A stretch of DNA of 64,000 nt from the IMG/VR virus record IMGVR_UViG_3300022555_000009; one strand, written 5' to 3'. Positions within the stretch are counted from its first letter, which is position 1, and each line of letters begins with the position of its first letter. The position numbers were made by a program, and so were the translations under genes. Below are positions 19,108 to 26,598 of the stretch, piece by piece. Under the pieces are notes generated by a model that saw nothing but the letters and a program-made list of their open reading frames with translations, was not told where the DNA came from and did not search any database. The stretch is from a virus.

Positions 19108-19551
19108 ATGTACCAAAACCCCAGAACTCTATTTCAGCAGCGTATAAATGGTCTTCTAAAAGATCCGGAATGTTCTCCTATGTTTGAGGATATCTTTAAA
19201 TTGCTGCAGTTATATGCCTTAGAAAAATTAACGCCCAATAAGCCTGATGAGTCAAACTGGAAAACTCTGTTGCTTATGTACGAAGAACTAGGCCCATCTG
19301 GGATGGCTAAGCTCGTGTCCTTGGCTAAAGGCAAAGCCATAACTTTCCCTACAGAAGAAGAGTTTCAAGACTCTGTAATAACTACTTTAAGTTATTACTA
19401 TAAGGAAGTAGAGAATAAGAATTGGGACGAAATTAAAAAGATACTGAATCAGCCGGATCTGAATACTATTAAGTTCGGCATTCGCGTACGGAATTTCTCG
19501 ACGTTTATAAATGAACAGTTGTTGAAAAAATTCAAGAAGGTAGAAATATGA
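19108..19551 (+). CDS. Hypothetical protein, weak Mor/C activator-like motif
   Basis: ELGPSGMAKLVSLAKGKAITFP; ACTAATT lies 7 nt upstream of the ATG. Confidence 0.35.
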   Translation: MYQNPRTLFQQRINGLLKDPECSPMFEDIFKLLQLYALEKLTPNKPDESNWKTLLLMYEELGPSGMAKLVSLAKGKAITFPTEEEFQDSVITTLSYYYKEVENKNWDEIKKILNQPDLNTIKFGIRVRNFSTFINEQLLKKFKKVEI

Positions 19552-20024
19552 AAAACAAAGATTTAGAGGACGCAAAAAACATGTTAACTGCTACGTTGGT
19601 GGAATCCACTAAAACACCAACCTTATACGACCCTTCTACAGAAGTAGAGAGATCATTATCTAGCTTTCTTCAACATAGGCTGACCAAATTGCAGGAGGAC
19701 GCTTCAAGAGAAGAAACTATATGGGAGGCTATAACAGAGAGAGTCTCTGAGTTCAATCCTGATCAGCTAATGAGGCTTCTAAATATTCTACAAGAGAATA
19801 GTAACTCAGGCGTTGAAAAAATCCTGAGTCCTTTCATTCCGAGAGCAGGGGAAAGAATTCCCCTCTTGCCTGACAACTCAAAGAAGAGTAAGGATATCGT
19901 CGAAGAGACAATATTCAATGAGTCTGGTAAAGATTTGATGGAGGCCTTTTCCGAATTGAACTCCCTAGTGAGGGAAATGGCTAAGACAAGAGAAACTGAG
20001 GATATAAAGAAAGTACTGTCGTAA
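19548..20024 (+). CDS. Hypothetical helical protein
   Basis: 158-aa ORF with ATGA overlap. Confidence 0.5.
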   Translation: MKNKDLEDAKNMLTATLVESTKTPTLYDPSTEVERSLSSFLQHRLTKLQEDASREETIWEAITERVSEFNPDQLMRLLNILQENSNSGVEKILSPFIPRAGERIPLLPDNSKKSKDIVEETIFNESGKDLMEAFSELNSLVREMAKTRETEDIKKVLS

Positions 20025-20039
20025 AATATACTTTTCTGT

Positions 20040-20142
20040 ATCTTTAGAAAGGAGGTGATCCTAATCTAAAGGTGACGAAAATGTACAAAAATAAAAGGTA
20101 GGAATATGCTAAGAGGCTCTCTGAAAAGAGAGCCTCTTTTTT
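20040..20142 (+). ncRNA. Candidate small RNA with a 16-nt perfect complement of the 16S rRNA 3' end
   Basis: TATACT at 20027-20032; AGAAAGGAGGTGATCC at 20046-20061; terminator at 20111-20142; only tiny ORFs inside. Confidence 0.45.
20111..20142. terminator. Intrinsic terminator between convergent genes
   Basis: AAGAGGCTCTCT-GAAA-AGAGAGCCTCTT followed by a T run. Confidence 0.85.
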
Positions 20143-21958
20143 ATACACTACTCATCTCAAATATCATCTTCGCTGTATTACGATCTAAGTACTGTTGAGT
20201 ACCGAACTTTTTAGTTGTGAAGTCCTTATCTTCCAAATTCATATCTCGAACACAATCTAAGGAGTTATCAATAATTAGGAGATAGGTGTACACCGTCTTC
20301 TGTTGCCCAATACGATGAATACGAAATATAGATTGGTTATACTCTGTATAATTCCAGGTTCTATCAAAGTAAATAGCTATATTAGCCTCAACAATAGTCA
20401 CGCTGCTATTAAGAACCTGTATGCCCGCAATAAGAATATTGCGATCTTTCGAGGCTTGAAAATCTGCTATGATATCTGCCTTGAATTCATCCAGGGTCCT
20501 CCCCTTCGGTACTTTGACTTCCCCGTTGATGAGATAGGGCTGCCTCTTTTCTAAGATTACCGCCAGTTCTTGACCGACTGTAGGATGAGAGCACCATATA
20601 ATAATTTTTTCGTTAGGATGCTTTTCTAAGAGATCATCCAAAGCTCCCATCTTACAGTGATTAGAGAACTTAAATTTTTCGACCTTGCGAATAAGATTGT
20701 CTGGTAACTTTGTTTCATGGTTTAAAAGTAAGCTTGGATTATCGATGGCTAAGGAGAGATAGGGGAAAGAATTAAACACAGCTCGAGAGTCTATGCCTCC
20801 GTAAAATTCTTGTATGGCTCGTAGTTTTTCTACAACGATTCCTTGGTAGATTTCCTTCTGCTCATCAGATAGCTCCACATAAATCTTCTGTATGAAGTGC
20901 TCAGGCAACTCCAAAACGTCGTCAGCAAATCTTCGAGTAGACACTGATTTTACAATATCAGCCATCTCTATAAGTTTATTGGGTTTGAAGTAATTGATAG
21001 CATATAAAGAAAATCTATTGCCAGTATCTGCATACTCTTGTAGCCACTCGAAGTAAGAGAAATTCTTTACTAAGGCGGGATCTAAGAACTTCAGCTGTGA
21101 GTAGTACTTCTCTTCTCTGTCTGCAGGAGTTCCTGTTGCAATGTATCTATACTGAAAGAAGGGAGCGGCAAGGTGTATGGCCTTAGATTGCCTGGCTTGA
21201 GGATTCGCGATATTATGTGATTCGTCCAGGATAATGATGCCAACATCTCCCTGAAGCCAATCTCGAAAGGGAATAGGACACTTACGATAATTCTTTGAAT
21301 TGGATATCTCTTCCTGATACTCATCAGATACTAAGAGGAAAGATCGGTAGCTGCAGATGACAACATGAGATTTCACGTCGTCAAAAGGTCGCCGGTTTTT
21401 AATTCCCCCAACTCTAACATCTGATGAGTCATAGTTAGAAAATCTCCCCAGTTCTCTCTTGATATTGTAAGTGCCAGACCCTGAGGTAATGATAAGTACT
21501 TTTCTGACGTCTTTGTATTTACGGAGTAATTCAAGGGTGTTACATAGTATCCAGCTCTTCCCGGTACCTTGTTCATTAAAAAGAGCATATCGGTTGTAAC
21601 TGGAGCATTTAGATAGGTCTTCGAGTTGGAAATATTCATGCGGCGCCTTCCCCATAATGGGTTGTACTTTTAAATCATCTTTAGTAAAAGGAATTCTTTG
21701 AAATTCGATCGATCTCTTGGGAGTCTTCAATATCTCTATCTGAGACCATACTTCGTTTGTAATATAAAGTTCTTCTACGTCTCCCAAAGCGTCTATGACA
21801 GAGTCATAAACAGACGTCGGAATACACCACTGTTTACTCTTTGGTTCAAACTGACATCGATATCTCTTATATATAGTAAGATCTGTATCGAAGGCGTTGA
21901 CCGAGAATAATTGACTGGCATATATTTTATCGTCGCGAACTAGAATCTGAATGCTCAT
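20141..21958 (-). CDS. SNF2-family (SF2) helicase
   Basis: EQGTGKS, LDESH, ATGTP, QSIFRIHRIGQ. Confidence 0.9.
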   Translation of the reverse strand: MSIQILVRDDKIYASQLFSVNAFDTDLTIYKRYRCQFEPKSKQWCIPTSVYDSVIDALGDVEELYITNEVWSQIEILKTPKRSIEFQRIPFTKDDLKVQPIMGKAPHEYFQLEDLSKCSSYNRYALFNEQGTGKSWILCNTLELLRKYKDVRKVLIITSGSGTYNIKRELGRFSNYDSSDVRVGGIKNRRPFDDVKSHVVICSYRSFLLVSDEYQEEISNSKNYRKCPIPFRDWLQGDVGIIILDESHNIANPQARQSKAIHLAAPFFQYRYIATGTPADREEKYYSQLKFLDPALVKNFSYFEWLQEYADTGNRFSLYAINYFKPNKLIEMADIVKSVSTRRFADDVLELPEHFIQKIYVELSDEQKEIYQGIVVEKLRAIQEFYGGIDSRAVFNSFPYLSLAIDNPSLLLNHETKLPDNLIRKVEKFKFSNHCKMGALDDLLEKHPNEKIIIWCSHPTVGQELAVILEKRQPYLINGEVKVPKGRTLDEFKADIIADFQASKDRNILIAGIQVLNSSVTIVEANIAIYFDRTWNYTEYNQSIFRIHRIGQQKTVYTYLLIIDNSLDCVRDMNLEDKDFTTKKFGTQQYLDRNTAKMIFEMSSV

Positions 21959-22752
21959 TGGAGATTATGCTCCTTGAAATATTTTCTCCAGTCTACGCCG
22001 CCTTTATAGTACTCCCCCTCACGAGGATCTGCGATAACAATATCTACTGTCAAAGGAACACCCTTCTGCCAGGGTTCCATTCTTTCAAATATTTCTTTGA
22101 TCTTGGCTATCACCTCTTTCATTTCATTATCCCAGATAATGAAATCTACAGAGTCGTGAACCATACCTTGTATATAGGATTTAATATTATTGGCTTCTTT
22201 CCAGATTTGGAAATCGACCATGCAACCCATTACTTTACAAGCCTCATCATTTTGAATAGTCGTGTTGGCTAAGATATTATAAAGGCCCGCTACTTCTTTT
22301 CTATCCTCATCCTTACCTTTTAGCATAAGAACTGGCGTTCTGCGAATTGCTCCGTGGTAAGAACGAACATATCCCTGCTCCTCGCCTATCTGCTTATTAC
22401 GCTCAATGCGATCAGCAAGTCCTTTATATGTCTTAAAGAATTGGTCTCGAATATAATCAGCGACCGTAATGTAGCCCCACATTTTAGGTTCTACATCTTT
22501 ATACTTCTTAGCAATATTAAATTTCTTGTCGTAGAGCTGAAATTCCTCTATGAAGTCGTCGACCTGCTCTTGCGTCCATTTTACAGATAAAGTAGTCTCG
22601 GCGAATGTTATGGAAGCCATACCGAATAAAAATCCGAAGTTAACTGCTTTCGCCATTTGTCTGTATACATCGTAAATGTTATCTTTCTGGCGCAGTCTCT
22701 TAAATTCAATTTCTGTTATGGGCCTCATGACTTTTCTATGTGTGATTTTCAT
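21955..22752 (-). CDS. polA: Family A DNA polymerase, C-terminal fragment only (motifs B and C)
   Basis: RQMAKAVNFGFLFG (motif B), GYVRSYHGAIRR, NTTIQ, MVHDS (motif C); no motif A or exonuclease; likely start MKITH at 22752. Confidence 0.85.
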   Translation of the reverse strand: MKITHRKVMRPITEIEFKRLRQKDNIYDVYRQMAKAVNFGFLFGMASITFAETTLSVKWTQEQVDDFIEEFQLYDKKFNIAKKYKDVEPKMWGYITVADYIRDQFFKTYKGLADRIERNKQIGEEQGYVRSYHGAIRRTPVLMLKGKDEDRKEVAGLYNILANTTIQNDEACKVMGCMVDFQIWKEANNIKSYIQGMVHDSVDFIIWDNEMKEVIAKIKEIFERMEPWQKGVPLTVDIVIADPREGEYYKGGVDWRKYFKEHNLQ

Positions 22753-22793
22753 ATAGAGAATATATGAATCAGCCTTTGTATATATTGGTCCAT
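22753..22793. promoter_or_regulatory. Divergent pair of putative leaderless promoters (TATATT -10-like)
   Basis: TATATT 6 nt before the polA ATG (minus) and 7 nt before the sbcC ATG (plus); no SD on either side. Confidence 0.5.
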
Positions 22794-24881
22794 ATGACAA
22801 TACTAAAACTTGAGCTTGAAAACTTCATGAACATAGCTAAAGCCGACCTAGATTTTAAAAACGGCATAAATGTTATTTCGGGAAAAAATGGAGCAGGAAA
22901 AAGTGCTGTGCTTGAAGCTATCGCTTTCTGCATGGTTGAACGCAGAAGAGGGGACTCTTGGAAAGACTACATCAGGTCCGGAACAACAGGATTTAAAATC
23001 CACCTACTCATACAAAAGAGTGCGGCAAAAGCGGATGTCGTTGAATTCAGATATGAAGGTAATATAAAGCAAGGCGCGACCAGTAAGCAAATTATCTACC
23101 AGGGTAAGACCTATGTGAATTCGGAGTGCTCTGATTTTATAAAGGACACCTTTGACTCCGAAATGTTGGAGAATATTATTTTTACCCTACAGGATAGTAA
23201 ACCAGTCACTCACCAGACTCCTCTGGAGCGTAGGACCATATTTAAGAAAATATTCAATTCTAATTTCACAACCGCTGTTGAGAAAATTAAAGCGGATATT
23301 GAACAAAAAGAGGCTGAAAGCACAACCTTAGCATACGAGATAAATGCCATTAAATCCAAAACTTATCCTAAGGTGAGATTAGAGAGTATGGATCCTCAGG
23401 AATTGAGTGTCTATCTTACAGAGCAATCTAAGATAGAAGATAAGATGAAAGAATCTACGTTCGATAATGAATTTAATACCCTCTACCTGAGCAACCGAGA
23501 AGTCTTCGAAAAGTATGTGTTGCCTTCGTACCTAAATACTAGGGATGATGTAACGAAGCTTGAGAAAGAAATCGGAGATTCTCTAGTGAAAACAGAATTC
23601 TGCGAACGCGACATACGAGCTGGTGAAGCACGGCTTAATACTTTAGATATAAATATCAGTGGGCTCAAGCTCAAAATAGAAGCTCTTGAAAAATCTCTGG
23701 ACTCTGAGAGTGATTCTATAGGAGACCTTGAAAAAACTTTACAAGGTTTGAGAGCCCGTATCCGGGAAGCTCAGGTGCTTAGGTCCATCTCCAATACACA
23801 TTTGGAAACACATAAGAAAGGTAAGTGCGATGCTTGTGGGCAAGATTGTGATATAACAAGGATCCAGGAGTTAGAGACCGGGGTTAAAGTTATTTCTAGG
23901 CACATTCAGGATTTAATTTCTGATGAAAATCAGGTTACGGCCCAGCATACTTCCTGTGTAGCGCGTGTTAAAGAGATCGGTAAAACCTTAGATGACTTAA
24001 GGAATACTCTTTATCGTGAGAATGTGGGGGTCGAGAAAACAACAAAAAATCTTGAAAATAATCGACGTGAAATTACCCAGGATAGGCTATCTACGCAGAG
24101 TCTACAAACGATTTTACAAGAGAAAACAAGAGAATTATGTAGAATAGAACCCGAGGTCGATCAGAAAGAAACATGGCTCAAAGAGAACGAATCTCGATGG
24201 CAGGCCTTAGAAACTTCTGATCCAGCTATTTATGAAGAACAACTGAAAGGCATACGCGCTAAGATTCAGGATTATAATCAAAGATTGACATCTAGGTTAG
24301 AGCGAGAAGCTTTCAACAAGAAGCTAGATGAGCAGATTCAAAAAGATTCTGACCAGGTGCAAAAGCTATCTGAGAAGATAAATACTCTAGACTTAGAAAT
24401 CAAAAATCTCGAGTTCGTTAAGATGTTCTACGAGACTACGTTTCCCAATTTTATCAACTCAAAGGCCTGTACCTTACTGGAGTCTTATATGAATAACTTC
24501 CTCAGCACAACTAAGGAGGGATTCCAATTTAAACTTTTGTCCACGAAGAAAGGTATAGACTTTTTATATAAGGCAGACCCCGCGTCAGAATGGTTGAATG
24601 TTAAGTTAGCCTCTGGTTTTGAAACTTCGGTATCTAATCTAGCTTTTAAATGTGCCGTGGCTTTTTCATACCAGTCTGGACTTTTGGTTCTCGACGAGCC
24701 TGACGCATACAGTTCTGAGTCTAATAGCGAGCGGTTATTTGAAACCTTGACCAGTATTAACGACGGATTTGAGCAGATGATTATCATTACGCATAAGACT
24801 CAGGCTATGGAATTCTTAAAGGAGAACGGCGCCAATATTTATAAAGTTACTGATGGAGTCTTCGAGCAATCTGCTGACTAA
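22794..24881 (+). CDS. sbcC: SbcC/Rad50/gp46-like SMC ATPase
   Basis: GKNGAGKS Walker A, coiled coil with CDAC zinc hook, ASGFE signature, LVLDEP, ITH. Confidence 0.9.
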   Translation: MTILKLELENFMNIAKADLDFKNGINVISGKNGAGKSAVLEAIAFCMVERRRGDSWKDYIRSGTTGFKIHLLIQKSAAKADVVEFRYEGNIKQGATSKQIIYQGKTYVNSECSDFIKDTFDSEMLENIIFTLQDSKPVTHQTPLERRTIFKKIFNSNFTTAVEKIKADIEQKEAESTTLAYEINAIKSKTYPKVRLESMDPQELSVYLTEQSKIEDKMKESTFDNEFNTLYLSNREVFEKYVLPSYLNTRDDVTKLEKEIGDSLVKTEFCERDIRAGEARLNTLDINISGLKLKIEALEKSLDSESDSIGDLEKTLQGLRARIREAQVLRSISNTHLETHKKGKCDACGQDCDITRIQELETGVKVISRHIQDLISDENQVTAQHTSCVARVKEIGKTLDDLRNTLYRENVGVEKTTKNLENNRREITQDRLSTQSLQTILQEKTRELCRIEPEVDQKETWLKENESRWQALETSDPAIYEEQLKGIRAKIQDYNQRLTSRLEREAFNKKLDEQIQKDSDQVQKLSEKINTLDLEIKNLEFVKMFYETTFPNFINSKACTLLESYMNNFLSTTKEGFQFKLLSTKKGIDFLYKADPASEWLNVKLASGFETSVSNLAFKCAVAFSYQSGLLVLDEPDAYSSESNSERLFETLTSINDGFEQMIIITHKTQAMEFLKENGANIYKVTDGVFEQSAD

Positions 24882-24979
24882 TTAAATAACGCGAGCGAGT
24901 TAGCTCTATAATAAACGTAATCAAGGGTATAGTTACCCATTTGATAAAAAGTACCGTAGTGTACAAAAAGGAGAAATGT

Positions 24980-26266
24980 ATGGCAGTTTCAGATGATGCA
25001 TTCAAGCAGTTTGCAGTAAAAACCGAACAGGAAGAAAGGGATCGCGCAGCTAAAGCCTCTAGCGGGGGCTATCAGCGAGATTTTGAAAATGTAAAATATT
25101 CCGGCCTTGAGAAAGGCGTAATGAAGATCATTCGTGGTCTCGGCGGAGTTCCTAATTCAGGCCAAGATAAGTTTACTTCTCGCACTGTGAGACATTCTCA
25201 GATCGTTGCAGATGATGGTAAGCGCATTCGAGTCATTCTTCCTCTCAAGACAGAGAACCCAGCTTTTATTCTATGGAAGATCATAGATAGGGTTACTGAG
25301 GTTGAGTGGGTCAATAAGGCGAAGGTATTCGTTAACGAGAGGAAGCATTCTGATATCTTTAGGATGGTGTCTGTTAATGGGTACGCAGAGGGAACTAATC
25401 AGGCTAAGTACGACAAGGGTTGGGCTGGTCGCGATTACTTCGTGATGAATTGTATCGATCGTTCGATGATGGATTGGCACAAGGAAAATAAGCATTCAGT
25501 TATTCTTTCGAAGCAGATCAACACAGTAAATACCGATGACGGTAAGGTACTGGAGTTTGCTGAAGAAGGTGTACCTGCTTATGGTTTCACTAATCTCTTG
25601 GCTTTGAATATCTTCAAGTTCTACGGTGATTGGTGTAATTATGATCTTGGCGTGGAGAAGCTCGGTCTTATGCAGAGCCCATTCCGACTCATTAATGCTT
25701 CGAAGCATGAGGAAGAGGTGCCTGAGGATCTTCGCGATCTCATTAAGTCTGGTCCTTTGACTGATGAAGAGAAGTCTTGGGAGTTGTACGACCTCGATAA
25801 GATTTTCGGTGTAACTTCGTACACAAAGCTTTTCAATAAGCTGAAGTTGTCAATCGCAAAGATTGATATGGCCCTCGGTAGTCATTACCTAGATGAGCTG
25901 AAGAGTCTCGCAGACCTAGAGGCTGCAAAGAGGAAGGAGCAGAATGAGCAAGCTGAAGCGGAGAAGGGTGCGAAAGATCCAGATGGATCCGAGTCAGCGG
26001 GTCTTAATCCTGATCCTGTACCGGAAGCTCGTCCGGCGAAGCGCCCACAGATGCAGGATGTGCCTGCTGATGTAGTTGAGCCTAAAGGATTTGCTACATT
26101 AACTCCTTCTGAGCTAAGTGGAATCACTAGTTGGGTTCCTGTAGACGGAAAGAAGTGGAATATCAAGTATAACGTTCCTGGAAAGCAGTATGAGTGTCCC
26201 CAGTGTGAAACTCCTGCCCCCGAAACTTATGCTCATTGCCCTGGTTGCGGCATGTCTTTTGCGTGA
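24980..26266 (+). CDS. Putative single-stranded DNA-binding protein (gp32-like) with C-terminal zinc ribbon
   Basis: Position, strong RBS, GG-rich N-terminal linker, acidic/Pro linker, CPQC...CPGC. Confidence 0.5.
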   Translation: MAVSDDAFKQFAVKTEQEERDRAAKASSGGYQRDFENVKYSGLEKGVMKIIRGLGGVPNSGQDKFTSRTVRHSQIVADDGKRIRVILPLKTENPAFILWKIIDRVTEVEWVNKAKVFVNERKHSDIFRMVSVNGYAEGTNQAKYDKGWAGRDYFVMNCIDRSMMDWHKENKHSVILSKQINTVNTDDGKVLEFAEEGVPAYGFTNLLALNIFKFYGDWCNYDLGVEKLGLMQSPFRLINASKHEEEVPEDLRDLIKSGPLTDEEKSWELYDLDKIFGVTSYTKLFNKLKLSIAKIDMALGSHYLDELKSLADLEAAKRKEQNEQAEAEKGAKDPDGSESAGLNPDPVPEARPAKRPQMQDVPADVVEPKGFATLTPSELSGITSWVPVDGKKWNIKYNVPGKQYECPQCETPAPETYAHCPGCGMSFA

Positions 26267-26281
26267 GAAGGATAATCACAA

Positions 26282-26527
26282 ATGAGAGTATACGATAGAA
26301 ACAATAAAGAGATTACTGTAGGCACAGAGATTGTGTGGGCTTCAAAGCACGGTTGTCGGGCGGTATTGAAGCGAGGAATCGTCGAACAGATATCTATGGA
26401 GGGTATCAAGGCGAGAATCTCTAATTTCTCCTGGGGGAGAAATGAGGGAGTATATCTTGCCAGACTTCCTTTCTCTCTATGGCGTAAGCCTGAGGATGAT
26501 ATTCGTACCGAAGCCGAAGTGATCTAA
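26282..26527 (+). CDS. Small hypothetical protein
   Basis: YDRNNKEITVG start typical of small phage beta-barrel proteins. Confidence 0.5.
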   Translation: MRVYDRNNKEITVGTEIVWASKHGCRAVLKRGIVEQISMEGIKARISNFSWGRNEGVYLARLPFSLWRKPEDDIRTEAEVI

Positions 26528-26548
26528 AGAGAAATAAAGACTTTTACA

Positions 26549-26572
26549 ATAGCCGTTCGAAAGAACGGCTAT
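26549..26572 (+). terminator. Hairpin, probable terminator
   Basis: ATAGCCGTTC-GAAA-GAACGGCTAT followed by a T-rich tract. Confidence 0.6.
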
Positions 26573-26598
26573 ATTTATTTATAAGAGAGGTGTCGACA

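Noticed and set aside
22660-22752. Split-intein C-fragment at the start of the PolA piece (MKITHRK resembles IntC starts)
   Set aside because: No His-Asn/Cys-Ser-Thr junction; the sequence runs straight into motif B
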